The translations under genes and the position numbers were made by a program. Shown piece after piece: positions 24,099 to 36,723 of a DNA stretch of 45,158 nt (position 1 is the first letter of the stretch; each line of letters opens with the position of its first letter). The notes under the pieces are model-generated. The model saw only the letters and a program-made list of their open reading frames with translations, did no database searches and was not told the DNA's origin. Origin of the DNA: Mesotaenium endlicherianum (Eukaryota); NCBI GenBank assembly GCA_009602735.1, contig WELA01003054.1, positions 250,016 to 295,173 of the forward strand, given 5' to 3'.

Positions 24099-27000
24099 GC
24101 CAGGAGCCTACCACCCCAAGACCCACTTCACGAGAAGGCAACACGCCAAGTGAGGTGGAGACCCCCGTTGAAGACGACGTTCCAGCCCCAATGAGTTTGA
24201 GAGGTTACCTTGGAGGAGAGAAGGTCCACATCTTGGTGGATAGCGGAGCTCAAGGCAACTTCATTGCTGCAGATTTTGCCACCAAGCACGGTATTACTAT
24301 GCGAACTCTTGACCACGACGAGGAGATTATGATGCCCGATGGATTCTCCTATACTACCCCTTCCAAGAAGACGTACCCCTTGGCACTCTCTATCAAGTCC
24401 TTCAAGGATAGAGTAGTGTTCTCCCCCATGCAATTGGGCAAGTACGACGTCATCCTAGGGACGCCTTGGTTGACCAAGCACAACCCCCAAGTTGATTGGA
24501 GGACCGGTACTATCAAGATCAAGAATGACATCACTTCAAGAATCTGTATTTTGCGCGCAATCCAGAATATCCAGACCCAAGACATCCAGAAGCCGGCACA
24601 CGAGATACTATTGTCCGCCCTCCAACTCAAGAGACTTGTGAGGAAGGGACACGAGCTTCTTTTGGCCTTGATCACGCCAAAAGACATCAAGAAAGACATC
24701 GAGAGTCAAGAAGGCAGCCCCGTTCCCAAGGAGATACAAGAAGTCTTAGAGGACTACAAAGAAGTGTTCTCCCCGGAATTGCCCAAGGGCCTACCCCCCA
24801 AAAGATTCGTAGACCACAAGATAGAGTTGGAGCCCGGAAGCAAGCCCATCTCTCGGCCTACGTTCAAAATGTCATACACGGAGCTAGACGAAGTCAAGAA
24901 GCAAATCAAGGAGCTACTGGAGCATGGCTTCATTCGACCTAGCAAGTCGCCATTTGGAGCCCCGGTGCTATTTGTCAAGAAGAAAGATGGTACCTTGAGG
25001 ATGTGTGTGGACTATCGCGCCCTCAACAAGATCACCATCAAGAATCGATACCCGCTGCCGCGCATGGATGAGCTCATGGACCGGCTGGTTGGAGCCAAGT
25101 ACTTCACGAAGATTGACTTACGGAGCGGCTACCACCAGATTCGCATCGCAGAACCGGACATAGAGAAGACGGCATTCAGGACAAGATATGGACATTTTGA
25201 GTTCATGGTCCTGCCATTTGGACTCACCAACGCGCCAGCAACTTTCATGACTATGATGAACACCATATTTCAGCCCATGTTGGACAGATTTGTGGTGGTA
25301 TTCATCGATGACATCCTTATCTACAGCAAGACCCTTGAAGAGCATGCGAGACACTTGAAAGAAGTCCTTGAAGTATTGAAGCAAAACAAGCTGTTTGCGA
25401 AGGAGTCAAAATGCGAGTTTGCCAAACAAGAAGTGGAGTTCCTAGGTCTCCACGTGACTGCTGATGGCATCAAGATAGACCCCAAGAAGACCACGGTGGT
25501 GGAGGAATGGCCAACCCCCACGACCAAGAAAGAACTCCAGTCATTCTTGGGATTTGCCAATTGGTACAGAAAATTCATCCAAGGCTTCTCGCACATAGCA
25601 GCCCCCCTGACAGATCTACTCAAGAAGGACAGGCTATATACATGGACCGAGAAAGAGGAAGAGGCATTTCAAGAGTTAAAGCGAAGATTGACCACATCCC
25701 CGGTGCTCACACTCCCAAGTCCAAACCCAGATTGGCCCTTCCACGTCATCACCGATGCATCTTCCTATGCAATAGGAGCAATCCTGCTTCAAGACCAAGG
25801 CAAGGGACTGCAGCCCATCGCCTACGAGTCAAGGAAGCTAAATCCAGCCGAGCAAAATTATACAACCACGGAGCGAGAGGCATTGGCGATTGTACATGCC
25901 TTGAAGGTTTGGCGCTGCTACGTTGAAGGACGCAAAGTACTGGTCACCACGGACCACGAGGCGTTAAAGCACCTCCAAACGCAGCCGTATCTCTCAAGGA
26001 GACAAGCAAGATGGAGCGGATACTTGCAACAATACAACATCACGATTCAGTACCAGCCCGGCAAGACAAACCCGGCTGACCCCCTCTCAAGACTGCAATT
26101 AAATGCAGTGATGGTATCCCTGAAGACAGATCTGGAAGCTCGATTTTCAGCCGCCTATGAAAGAGACCCTTACTACAAGAACGGAGAAGCAGCCTTGGAC
26201 CCATGCAAGAAGCAAGAAGGCAATTATTGGGTGAGGCAAGATACGGGCCAGAGATGTGTTCCTGATGACTTAGACCTCCGGCTCTTGCTTCTACGAGAAG
26301 CACACGACAACCCTCTTGGAGGACACTTCGGAATCCTAAGGACCACGGGCGTTCTAGCTAGGACTTATTGTTGGCCAGGCATGTCTAAGCAAGTCAAGGA
26401 GTACTGCAGGAGTTGTGACACATGCCAAAGAGTCAAGCCATCATCCCAAAAGGCGGGAGGACTCCTCCAACCACTACCAATCCCGGAAAGGCAATGGACG
26501 GACATCTCAATGGACCTTATCGTGGACTTGCCCGTGACACCTCGAGGCCATAATGCAATACTCACGGTGGTGGACAGACTTACCAAGATGGCTCATTTTA
26601 TTCCCACGACGACTAAGGCTACAGCACCACAACTTGCAAGACTCATCTTTGACAACATCTTCCGACTCCATGGACTACCATCAAGAATTGTGTCCAATAG
26701 AGATCCAAGATTCACAAGCCATTTCTGGAAAAATCTCTTTAAGAACTTGGGTACATCGCTAGATATGTCTACTGCCTACCACCCACAATCAGATGGGCAA
26801 ACCGAGCGCATGAATTGTACCCTAAAGACCTCTTTAAAGGCCTACGTGTCTACTCTGGAGCAAGATTGGGACATGTACTTGACCCCCCTGGAGTTTGCCT
26901 ACAACAACACGACGCAGGCCTCTACCCAAGAGTCCCCATTCTTCCTCAACTATGGCTTCCATCCAACCACGCCGCTGAGCTTCACGGCTGGCCATGATGA

Positions 27001-27685
27001 AGTACCTGCAGCCACAGATTTTATGGAGACATTAGAAGCGGCCCTTACAGCAGCGAAGAAAGCTCTACAACAGGCGCAAGATGCTCAAGGAAGAGTGGTA
27101 AACAGGTCCAGAAGAGAAATTACGTACAGAGTGGGTGACAACGTGTTACTATCATCCAAGAATATATCCCTGAACAACAGGCCTGCCAGCAGCAAGTTCT
27201 CTCCCAAGTATTTGGGACCCTTCAAGATTATCCAGCAAGTCAACCCCGTTGCTTTCAAGCTAGAACTTCCCCAGACTATGCACATCGACCCCGTATTCCA
27301 CGCTTCCCTCTTCAAGCCATATGTGCAACCCGACAACAAGTTCCCAGGACGTGTGACAACCCCACCAGCCCCAACAATAGTGGATGATCATTTGGAGTAC
27401 GAAGTGGAAGACATAGTGGCTATGAGAAATTTCAGGAGACAGCAGCAATACTTGATCAAGTGGAAAGGATATCCAGATTCGGAGAATAGTTGGGTGGCGG
27501 CGCACTACCTTGACAAAGTTCAGAGAAAGTTGAAGCGCTTCCATGCCGCCAACCCCCATCTTGGACCAGCCCCAAGTCTCTCTACTAGAAGCCCAAAGAC
27601 TTCAGGGAGGCAGCCTGCCACCATCAAGAAGCAGCAGAAGACCCCTTGGAGGCAGCCTGCAAGAACAAGAAAGAGGAAAAATTGA
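24020..27685 (+). CDS. pol: Pol polyprotein (protease, RT, RNase H, integrase, chromodomain) in the -1 frame, copy A
   Basis: LVDSGA protease; RT motifs [18 protein letters not shown] and FIDDIL; RNase H TDAS; HHCC zinc finger; integrase core; YLGPF; chromodomain YEVEDIV...[13 protein letters not shown]. Confidence 0.95.
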   Translation: MLLLQGKGPSCTFMPQKVVKKRTAPVGQEPTTPRPTSREGNTPSEVETPVEDDVPAPMSLRGYLGGEKVHILVDSGAQGNFIAADFATKHGITMRTLDHDEEIMMPDGFSYTTPSKKTYPLALSIKSFKDRVVFSPMQLGKYDVILGTPWLTKHNPQVDWRTGTIKIKNDITSRICILRAIQNIQTQDIQKPAHEILLSALQLKRLVRKGHELLLALITPKDIKKDIESQEGSPVPKEIQEVLEDYKEVFSPELPKGLPPKRFVDHKIELEPGSKPISRPTFKMSYTELDEVKKQIKELLEHGFIRPSKSPFGAPVLFVKKKDGTLRMCVDYRALNKITIKNRYPLPRMDELMDRLVGAKYFTKIDLRSGYHQIRIAEPDIEKTAFRTRYGHFEFMVLPFGLTNAPATFMTMMNTIFQPMLDRFVVVFIDDILIYSKTLEEHARHLKEVLEVLKQNKLFAKESKCEFAKQEVEFLGLHVTADGIKIDPKKTTVVEEWPTPTTKKELQSFLGFANWYRKFIQGFSHIAAPLTDLLKKDRLYTWTEKEEEAFQELKRRLTTSPVLTLPSPNPDWPFHVITDASSYAIGAILLQDQGKGLQPIAYESRKLNPAEQNYTTTEREALAIVHALKVWRCYVEGRKVLVTTDHEALKHLQTQPYLSRRQARWSGYLQQYNITIQYQPGKTNPADPLSRLQLNAVMVSLKTDLEARFSAAYERDPYYKNGEAALDPCKKQEGNYWVRQDTGQRCVPDDLDLRLLLLREAHDNPLGGHFGILRTTGVLARTYCWPGMSKQVKEYCRSCDTCQRVKPSSQKAGGLLQPLPIPERQWTDISMDLIVDLPVTPRGHNAILTVVDRLTKMAHFIPTTTKATAPQLARLIFDNIFRLHGLPSRIVSNRDPRFTSHFWKNLFKNLGTSLDMSTAYHPQSDGQTERMNCTLKTSLKAYVSTLEQDWDMYLTPLEFAYNNTTQASTQESPFFLNYGFHPTTPLSFTAGHDEVPAATDFMETLEAALTAAKKALQQAQDAQGRVVNRSRREITYRVGDNVLLSSKNISLNNRPASSKFSPKYLGPFKIIQQVNPVAFKLELPQTMHIDPVFHASLFKPYVQPDNKFPGRVTTPPAPTIVDDHLEYEVEDIVAMRNFRRQQQYLIKWKGYPDSENSWVAAHYLDKVQRKLKRFHAANPHLGPAPSLSTRSPKTSGRQPATIKKQQKTPWRQPARTRKRKN

Positions 27686-28444
27686 CATTAGACACTCTTC
27701 TCTTCTTGCAGTTTCTGAACAAAAAACTAAAACTGCTACTGGTGATAGGTCTCTGCATAATAAATTCTGAAAATTTACCTGGCTGTATTCCATGAGTAGC
27801 CGGTCATTTAGAGTCCAAGTTTGCTCAATTTAGAGCACTGGTGAGAGAGATATGATGCTCTAAGTAGAAGGGGGTCAGGCTGATGGCATTGTTAGGGCAG
27901 AATATGCCATCCAACATTGTGCCCTCCCCTGAACTTGGAATGCTCTGAAACTCAAGACTTTGGTAGAACATCTTACAGCGCCAAGTTTGGGACTTAGTTT
28001 GCAGAATTTGAAAAAGTATAGAAGGACTTTTGATTCTCAGAAGTTTCTGCACAGATTTGGAGGAGTGCCTACTCTCTCAGCTCTCAACGACACTCTAGAA
28101 ATTAGAATGCTCTCAAATGTGGTGACCTGGTAGAGTTCTGCGACGCGGTCCGTCTGGCACTCAAGTTCTCAGATTTGGAGCAGTTTTGTGGACGCTCTGA
28201 ACTTTTGAATTCGTGGCAGATTCTGGGCCAACTTGTACAATTTTCTTTATCATTAAGGAGTAGGCTAGCCAATAAGGTCACACCACCTACGACCTTGCCT
28301 AGTCTACCTTACATGTGTAGCACCTGACTTGGCGCCTTTGACTAGTCCTCTTCACATGTGTGGCATCTGACTTGAAACTGTTGACTAGTTTGCTCCACAT
28401 GTGTAAGACCTGACTTGACGCGCCGAGACGTCGCTTTTTCTATC

Positions 28445-28454
28445 GGGGGGGTGA
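28445..28454 (+). promoter_or_regulatory. Polypurine tract of copy A
   Basis: GGGGGGGTGA immediately before the TG of the 3' LTR. Confidence 0.8.
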
Positions 28455-28953
28455 TGTAGTGATTTGAGTTATTATATATTAGTTTGCATATATTTTAATG
28501 TTTTCAAATATATTTGGAGTAGTATTGTGTGGAGTCAAGTGTGAATAGGTACTCTAGTAACTTGGTTCATGTCCTTTGAACCTTCCAAGGCATTTTCGAA
28601 GTTAGAGGAAAGACCTAGAAGAACTCCATGTGGCAAAAGTCAAATGTGCCATTTTTTAGGTCAAAAGGACATGTGTACATTATTCTAGAAAGAGGTGGCA
28701 AGTTTTGGGATTTGTTGGGTGCCAACACATCAACATACACCTTCCTAGAAATTACTTATGTAGCAAGTATATAAACAAGAGCTAGAACATAGAAAGACAT
28801 TCCAGAATCACTCTTGTACGTGCCAAATTCAAAAATACATTAACTTTCAAGAAGTCATCTCTCTTTCAAGAGGCTACCACTTGTCTTCAAAGATCCTTGT
28901 CTTGAATAAAGTATTATATTTCACTTAGTACTTCATCTATCTATTTCACTACA
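28455..28953 (+). repeat. 3' LTR of copy A (499 bp)
   Basis: TGTAGTGA...TCACTACA. The last ~150 bp are noticeably diverged from the 5' LTR. Confidence 0.95.
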
Positions 28954-28958
28954 GCCAC

Positions 28959-29448
28959 AAAAAATACAATCTATACCATAAGATGTGAAAGGTAATTGGA
29001 CATGCTTTACTTGCAATATCTCTGTTCACACTATTGCCCTTGCAACTGACGATTTTACCAAGGGCCTCCACAAACCATGCAACAACAGCAATTCTCCCAA
29101 CCTAATCAACTTACCCAGCAGTATGATGGCCTTGAGAGCGGATAGCCGTCTTGCTTTGCAGAGTCTCGAATTGCTCGTCACATGAGTTTAGAAAGTTGGA
29201 AAATTCCACTCTCCAGTTGAATTTTAAGATGATGGCTCCAAGAACCTTACAAAGTTCACATTTATAATACCTCATGGAGGAAGTTCCAGGATTGGTGTGC
29301 TACCATGAAGGTATTCGACGTACGAGCTACTGTCACTATGGTGAGATTGTACCTCCTGCACTTCTTCACTGAAGAAGTCACTATCTCTATCTTTAGCTTG
29401 TTAACAGTAACCATACGGTGTATGCAAAACCCTTTTGAATATGCCTAG
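28959..29448 (+). pseudogene. Decayed DIRS-like element, 3' piece: zinc-knuckle remnant and tyrosine-recombinase N-terminal (core-binding) domain remnant
   Basis: CFTCNISVH at 29003, in frame with the piece before 22277. MAPRT (29232), then a frameshift to YNTSWRKFQDWCATMKVFDVRATVTMVRLYLLH (29263-29448), matching the T..Y...W..F..WC...A...V..YL pattern of YR core-binding domains. Confidence 0.5.
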
Positions 29449-31785
29449 CTCCACTAACACCTTGCCAATAAAATACCAAAGATACAAATTTTGCCTTCAC
29501 AGCCTTTAACCCTAAATAAGTCTTTGAAATGATGCACCTTCATGCTCATTACCAGGCTCCTAGTAGCAAGCTCAAGGAAATAGCCTGAATCTTGTTCATT
29601 TTCATAAGAACCCTCAGATGTTCTAATGATGCTTCTAATGATGCACCTCCATGCTCAGTCCCAAGCTCAAGAAGGTAGCTGTATCTTATTCATTTTTATA
29701 AAAGTCCTCAAAGTTTTTGGACCTTGGAGTAATCAAGCAAAAGGCAATTGAAAAATCCGAGTTGTATGGCTATTTATCCTTCAGGTTAAAAACGGTCAAG
29801 AAAGGATAGAAGAATGGGCAGTATACATGCCACAAACACCTTATGGTACCAAGTCAACATTATTTGTAGACTGGTAGCTGAATGTAAAGGTATAGCATGT
29901 ACAAGCTAGTATACAAGTTCGAGATAGCATCATCCAAGTAGGAAGATAAAAGTTCCAAAAAGACAAAGACCCTTATTTAGTTCAAATATAGAGCCAAGCA
30001 ACTCAAGCAGCAAGAGAGTCTCCTCTGGCAACCCAATTTTAGCTGCCTTAACTCGAGAGAAGCTTTTACTAGCTACTTTGAGATTTAAGAGTAAGGCATG
30101 ACTAACTCAACAGAAGTAGAAATCGCTTGTGCAAGTTTATTCTAGTTTACTAATGCAATGTTTTCTACGTATTTCTTAACTCTTTTTATTTCACACTTTT
30201 TCCCAAATTGACGTAGCTCTTAGTCCTTCCATACTCCACTTACATGTAAATTGTAGTTGCACTTGTACATAATGTCCCTTTAGTTGGACCAGCCAGATTT
30301 TGCATATATGTGACGCATAGAATTTGCACTATGTTTCAAATTGAAAATTTGGTCAATATCAAGTTTCACTTTGTAATACTTAGATATTTTGCGAATTGAC
30401 ATGTCGTCAACATGTCTTCCATTTTCAAGAAACACATTCTGGAGAAACCTTACAATTTATCGACTTATGTCTTCTCGCAAGTTTTAGAGTAGATGCAACA
30501 ACCACCCTTACAATCTTTTTCAATCCTACATCCACAAAACCTAGCAATTGACCACTTTTTTCAAGTACGCAAGAGCTAATTAACCAAATCCTCTAGCGTT
30601 TTCTGACATCTTCTTGTGGAATCGGACAACCACAGTTCGCACTCAAGTGCAGTATTTAAAAGGTACGCAGTAGCTTTGAAGTGTTTGAGCATTTGAAGTA
30701 TATTTATGATTCTCCGAATCATCTAAAGGTTGCTTCTTGTTTGAAAAATCCAACATTCGACTCATATTAATTTGTACAACAAATGCGTATTGTAAAAGTT
30801 TGGCCGCTTGGCGCGCAACTAAAAGGCGCTTTGGGTGTATTAAAAGAGTATAGCTTATATAGTCTATAAGGTCACTTTGATTCAATAAAAGGACAATTTC
30901 AATAATTTGTTATTCATCACATTATATGATAATTCTTAATGGCTTGGCATTACATCTCATTTGTTTCGCATCACATCTCATTTCAATAATTGTTAATGGT
31001 TTGGCCAGGGACTTTTGAGCAAATGGCAGTTACTATAAAATAACATTGATATATGGAAGGTGATTGTGAGGGTACTTGCACACCCGTCTCCAACTTACTT
31101 CGTATGTGTGCAACCATCAAAGCCAAACAACATTTCATGTCTCAATCACCTTTGTTACGCACATATACAAACTCGTTAGTCGAAAAACTTGCCAAAGAGA
31201 CCTCGTTTGCCAAATTGGTTGTTTTGCGTCACTTAGCCTAATAAGATACCCAATTACCGCCGACAGCGGCCGGTACTTCAATTTACAACCGTCAACACGG
31301 GCAACCGCGGGTAGCCGTCAAAACTTAAGATAGGGTAAAGAATCAAAGATGCGACTCACACAAGGAATAAGATCCAAAGAATCTCTAATGAATTTGCGAC
31401 AAAAAAGAATGCACACACTAAAGGCAGATATACTAAAAGGTATTTTACAAACTTAAGAAAACACAAGGCCAAACAATCAAACAAGCACAGGAACTAGGCC
31501 TACTTATGAAATTCGGATACGTTGCACACATGTGAAAGTATTTGTCGCGCGTACGAAACATGAGAGTCAAAACTGTACGTGGGAATACGCCGGAATACAT
31601 GAGTGTCAGTGACATAAATCGACTATAAATTGACAATAAATCGGAAAATCAATTTATACGCGTACTACGAGGTATGACAATACGGCGTGTTACAATGTAT
31701 ACGATACGGCCAAAAGAGACTGTACGAGCGCATTCTAAAACTAAGGAATTAAGGCACCCAACAAAAATTGAAGGTCAAGTGTCAC

Positions 31786-32288
31786 TGTAGTGAAACAGAT
31801 AGATAAAGTACTTAGTAAAACAGAATACTTTATCTATTCAAGACAAGGATCTTTGAACACAAGTGGTAGCTTCTTGAAAGAGAGATGGCTTCTTGAAAGT
31901 TAATATATTTCTGGATGTTGGCAAGTACAAGAGGGATTCTGGAATGTCTTTCTATGTTCTAGCTCTTGTTTATATACTTGCTACATAAGTAATTTCTAGG
32001 AAGGTGTATGTTGATGTGTTGGCACCCAACACATCCCAAAACTTGCCACCTCTTTCTAGAATAATGTACACATGTCCTTTTGACCTAAAAATGGCACATT
32101 TGACTTTTGCCACATGGAGTTCTTCTAGGTCTTTCCTCTAACTTCGAAAATGCCTTGGAAGGTTCAAAGGACATGAACCAAGTTACTAGAGTACCTATTC
32201 ACACTTGACTCCACACAATACTACTCCAAATATATTTGAAAACATTAAAATATATGCAAACTAATATATAATAACTCAAATCACTACA
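31786..32288 (-). repeat. 3' LTR of copy B
   Basis: Reverse complement of the copy A LTR, TG...CA termini, adjacent to the PPT. Confidence 0.95.
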
Positions 32289-33057
32289 TCACCCCCCCGA
32301 TAGAAAAAGCGACGTCTCGGCGCGTCAAGTCAGGTCTTACACATGTGGAGCAAACTAGTCAACAGTTTCAAGTCAGATGCCACACATGTGAAGAGGACTA
32401 GTCAAAGGCGCCAAGTCAGGTGCTACACATGTAAGGTAGACTAGGCAAGGTCGTAGGTGGTGTGACCTTATTGGCTAGCCTACTCCTTAATGATAAAGAA
32501 AATTGTACAAGTTGGCCCAGAATCTGCCACGAACTCAAAAATTCATAGCGGCCACAGAACTGCTCCAAATCTGAAAATTCGAGTGCCAGACGGACCGCGT
32601 CGGAGAACTCTACCGGGTCACCAAATTTGAGAGCATTCTCATTTCTGGAGTGTCGTTGAGAGCTGAGAGAGTAGGCACTCCTCCAAATCTGTGCAGAAAC
32701 TTCTGAAAATCATAAGTCCTTCTATACTTCTCCAAATTCTGCAAACTAAGTCTCAAACTGGGCGCTGTAAGATGTTCTACCAGAGTCTTGAGTTTCAGAG
32801 CATTCCAAGTTCAGGGGAGGGCACAATGTCAGAAGGCATATTCTGCCCTAACAATGCCAGCAGCCTGACCCCCTTCTACTTAGAGCATCATATCTCTCTC
32901 ACCAGTGCTCCAAATTGAGCAAACTTGGACTCTAAATGACCGGCTACTCATGGACTACAGCCAGGTAAATTTTCAGAATTTATTATGCAGAGACCTATTA
33001 CCAGTAGCAGTTTTAGTTTTCTGTCCAGAAACTGCGAGAAGAGAAGAGTGTCTAATG

Positions 33058-36000
33058 TCAATTTTTCCTCTTTCTTGTTCTTGCAGGCTGCCTCCAAGGG
33101 GTCTTCTGCTGCTTCTTGATGGTGGCAGGCTGCCTCCCTGAAGTCTTCGGGCTTCTAGTAGAGAGACTTGGGGCTGGTCCAAGATGGGGGTTGGCGGCAT
33201 GGAAGCGCTTCAACTTTCTCTGAACTTTGTCAAGGTAGTGCGCCGCCACCCAACTATTCTCCGAATCTGGATATCCTTTCCACTTGATCAAGTATTGCTG
33301 CTGTCTCCTGAAATTTCTCATAGCCACTATGTCTTCCACTTCGTACTCCAAATGATCATCCACTATTGTTGGGGCTGGTGGGGTTGTCACACGTCCTGGG
33401 AACTTGTTGTCGGGTTGCACATATGGCTTGAAGAGGGAAGCGTGGAATACGGGGTCGATGTGCATAGTCTGGGGAAGTTCTAGCTTGAAAGCAACGGGGT
33501 TGACTTGCTGGATAATCTTGAAGGGTCCCAAATACTTGGGAGAGAACTTGCTGCCGGCAGGCCTGTTGTTCAGGGAAATGTTCTTGGATGATAGTAACAC
33601 GTTGTCACCCACTCTGTACGTAATTTCTCTTCTGGATCTGTTCGCCACTCTTGCTTGAGCATCTTGCGCGTGTTGTAGAGCTTTCTTCGCTGCTGTAAGG
33701 GCTGCTTCTAATGTCTCCATAAAATCTGTGGCTGCAGGTACTTCATCATGGCCAGCCGTGAAGCTCAGTGGCGTGGTCGGATGGAAGCCATAGTTGAGGA
33801 AGAATGGGGACTCTTGGGTAGAGGCCTGCGTAGTGTTGTTGTAGGCAAACTCGAGGGGGGTCAAGTACATGTCCCAGTCTTGCTCGAGGGTAGACACGTA
33901 GGCCTTTAGAGAGGTCTTTAGGGTACGATTCATACGCTCGGTTTGCCCATCTGATTGTGGGTGGTAGGCAGTAGACATATCCAGCGATGTACCCAAGTTC
34001 TTGAAGAGATTTTTCCAGAAATGGCTTGTGAATCTTGGATCTCTATCTGACACAATTCTTGATGGTAGTCCATGGAGTCGGAAGATGTTGTCAAAGATGA
34101 GTCTTGCAAGTTGTGGTGCTGTAGCCTTAGTCGTCGTGGGAATAAAATGAGCCATCTTGGTAAGTCTGTCCACCGCCGTGAGTATTGCATTATGGCCTCG
34201 AGGTGTCACGGGCAAGTCCACGATAAGGTCCATTGAGATGTCCGTCCATTGTCTTTCGGGGATTGGTAGTGGTTGGAGGAGTCCTCCCGCCTTTTGCGAT
34301 GATGGCTTGATTCTTTGGCATGTGTCACAGCTCCTGCAGTACTCCTTGACTTGCTTAGACATGCCTGGCCAACAATAAGTCCTAGCTAGAACGCCCGTGG
34401 TCCTTAGGATTCCAAAGTGTCCTCCAAGAGGGTTGTCGTGTGCTTCTCGTAGAAGCAAGAGCCGGAGGTCTAAGTCATTAGGAACACATCTCTGGCCCGT
34501 ATCTTGCCTCACCCAATAATTGCCTTCTTGCTTCTTGCATGGGTCCAAGGCTGCTTCTCCGTTCTTGTAGTAAGGGTCTCTTTCATAGGCGGCTGAAAAT
34601 CGAGCTTCCAGATCTGTCTTCAGGGATACCATCACTGCATTTAATTGCAGTCTTGAGAGGGGGTCAGCCGGGTTTGTCTTGCCGGGCTGGTACTGAATCG
34701 TGATGTTGTATTGTTGCAAGTATCCGCTCCATCTTGCTTGTCTCCTTGAGAGATACGGCTGCGTTTGGAGGTGCTTTAACGCCTCGTGGTCCGTGGTGAC
34801 CAGTACTTTGCGTCCTTCAACGTAGCAGCGCCAAACCTTCAAGGCATGTACAATCGCCAATGCCTCTCGCTCCGTGGTTGTATAATTTTGCTCGGCTGGA
34901 TTTAGCTTCCTTGACTCGTAGGCGATGGGCTGCAGTCCCTTGCCTTGGTCTTGAAGCAGGATTGCTCCTATTGCATAGGAAGATGCATCGGTGATGACGT
35001 GGAAGGGCCAATCTGGGTTTGGACTTGGGAGTGTGAGCACCGGGGATGTGGTCAATCTTCGCTTTAACTCTTGAAATGCCTCTTCCTCTTTCTCGGTCCA
35101 TGTATATAGCCTGTCCTTCTTGAGTAGATCTGTCAGGGGGGCTGCTATGTGCGAGAAGCCTTGGATGAATTTTCTGTACCAATTGGCAAATCCCAAGAAT
35201 GACTGGAGTTCTTTCTTGGTCGTGGGGGTTGGCCATTCCTCCACCACCGTGGTCTTCTTGGGGTCCATCTTGATGCCATCAGCAGTCACGTGGAGACCTA
35301 GGAACTCCACTTCTTGTTTGGCAAACTCGCACTTTGACTCCTTCGCAAATAGCTTGTTTTGCTTCAATACTTCAAGGACTTCTTTCAAGTGTCTCGCATG
35401 CTCTTCAAGGGTCTTGCTGTAGATAAGGATGTCATCGATGAATACCACCACAAATCTGTCCAACATGGGCTGAAATATGGTGTTCATCATAGTCATGAAA
35501 GTTGCTGGCGCGTTGGTGAGTCCAAATGGCAGGACCATGAACTCAAAATGTCCATATCTTGTCCTGAATGCCGTCTTCTCTATGTCCGGTTCTGCGATGC
35601 GAATCTGGTGGTAGCCGCTCCGTAAGTCAATCTTCGTGAAGTACTTGGCTCCAACCAGCCGGTCCATGAGCTCATCCATGCGCGGCAGCGGGTATCGATT
35701 CTTGATGGTGATCTTGTTGAGGGCGCGATAGTCCACACACATCCTCAAGGTACCATCTTTCTTCTTGACAAATAGCACCGGGGCTCCAAATGGCGACTTG
35801 CTAGGTCGAATGAAGCCATGCTCCAGTAGCTCCTTGATTTGCTTCTTGACTTCGTCTAGCTCCGTGTATGACATTTTGAACGTAGGCCGAGAGATGGGCT
35901 TGCTTCCGGGCTCCAACTCTATCTTGTGGTCTACGAATCTTTTGGGGGGTAGGCCCTTGGGCAATTCCGGGGAGAACACTTCTTTGTAGTCCTCTAAGAC

Positions 36001-36723
36001 TTCTTGTATCTCCTTGGGAACGGGGCTGCCTTCTTGACTCTCGATGTCTTTCTTGATGTCTTTTGGCGTGATCAAGGCCAAAAGAAGCTCGTGTCCCTTC
36101 CTCACAAGTCTCTTGAGTTGGAGGGCGGACAATAGTATCTCGTGTGCCGGCTTCTGGATGTCTTGGGTCTGGATATTCTGGATTGCGCGCAAAATACAGA
36201 TTCTTGAAGTGATGTCATTCTTGATCTTGATAGTACCGGTCCTCCAATCAACTTGGGGGTTGTGCTTGGTCAACCAAGGCGTCCCTAGGATGACGTCGTA
36301 CTTGCCCAATTGCATGGGGGAGAACACTACTCTATCCTTGAAGGACTTGATAGAGAGTGCCAAGGGGTACGTCTTCTTGGAAGGGGTAGTATAGGAGAAT
36401 CCATCGGGCATCATAATCTCCTCGTCGTGGTCAAGAGTTCGCATAGTAATACCGTGCTTGGTGGCAAAATCTGCAGCAATGAAGTTGCCTTGAGCTCCGC
36501 TATCCACCAAGATGTGGACCTTCTCTCCTCCAAGGTAACCTCTCAAACTCATTGGGGCTGGAACGTCGTCTTCAACGGGGGTCTCCACCTCACTTGGCGT
36601 GTTGCCTTCTCGTGAAGTGGGTCTTGGGGTGGTAGGCTCCTGGCCTACCGGCGCTGTCCGTTTTTTGACAACTTTTTGGGGCATGAAAGTGCACGATGGC
36701 CCTTTTCCTTGCAATAAAAGCAT
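33058..36723 (-). CDS. pol: Pol polyprotein (PR-RT-RH-IN-chromodomain), copy B
   Basis: 1221-aa ORF with about 10 aa differences from copy A; integrase IVSDRD motif intact. Confidence 0.95.
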   Translation of the reverse strand: MLLLQGKGPSCTFMPQKVVKKRTAPVGQEPTTPRPTSREGNTPSEVETPVEDDVPAPMSLRGYLGGEKVHILVDSGAQGNFIAADFATKHGITMRTLDHDEEIMMPDGFSYTTPSKKTYPLALSIKSFKDRVVFSPMQLGKYDVILGTPWLTKHNPQVDWRTGTIKIKNDITSRICILRAIQNIQTQDIQKPAHEILLSALQLKRLVRKGHELLLALITPKDIKKDIESQEGSPVPKEIQEVLEDYKEVFSPELPKGLPPKRFVDHKIELEPGSKPISRPTFKMSYTELDEVKKQIKELLEHGFIRPSKSPFGAPVLFVKKKDGTLRMCVDYRALNKITIKNRYPLPRMDELMDRLVGAKYFTKIDLRSGYHQIRIAEPDIEKTAFRTRYGHFEFMVLPFGLTNAPATFMTMMNTIFQPMLDRFVVVFIDDILIYSKTLEEHARHLKEVLEVLKQNKLFAKESKCEFAKQEVEFLGLHVTADGIKMDPKKTTVVEEWPTPTTKKELQSFLGFANWYRKFIQGFSHIAAPLTDLLKKDRLYTWTEKEEEAFQELKRRLTTSPVLTLPSPNPDWPFHVITDASSYAIGAILLQDQGKGLQPIAYESRKLNPAEQNYTTTEREALAIVHALKVWRCYVEGRKVLVTTDHEALKHLQTQPYLSRRQARWSGYLQQYNITIQYQPGKTNPADPLSRLQLNAVMVSLKTDLEARFSAAYERDPYYKNGEAALDPCKKQEGNYWVRQDTGQRCVPNDLDLRLLLLREAHDNPLGGHFGILRTTGVLARTYCWPGMSKQVKEYCRSCDTCQRIKPSSQKAGGLLQPLPIPERQWTDISMDLIVDLPVTPRGHNAILTAVDRLTKMAHFIPTTTKATAPQLARLIFDNIFRLHGLPSRIVSDRDPRFTSHFWKNLFKNLGTSLDMSTAYHPQSDGQTERMNRTLKTSLKAYVSTLEQDWDMYLTPLEFAYNNTTQASTQESPFFLNYGFHPTTPLSFTAGHDEVPAATDFMETLEAALTAAKKALQHAQDAQARVANRSRREITYRVGDNVLLSSKNISLNNRPAGSKFSPKYLGPFKIIQQVNPVAFKLELPQTMHIDPVFHASLFKPYVQPDNKFPGRVTTPPAPTIVDDHLEYEVEDIVAMRNFRRQQQYLIKWKGYPDSENSWVAAHYLDKVQRKLKRFHAANPHLGPAPSLSTRSPKTSGRQPATIKKQQKTPWRQPARTRKRKN

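Larger units (their letters stand above)
22277..28953 (+). mobile_element. Full-length Ty3/gypsy chromovirus LTR retrotransposon, copy A (6677 bp)
   Basis: LTRs 22277-22780 and 28455-28953, PBS, gag, pol (PR-RT-RH-IN-chromodomain), PPT. 5-bp TSD GCCGC (22272-22276) / GCCAC (28954-28958). Confidence 0.97.

Noticed and set aside
29529..29720. Imperfect ~110-bp tandem duplication in the spacer
   Set aside because: Visible but highly degenerate; no function can be supported.
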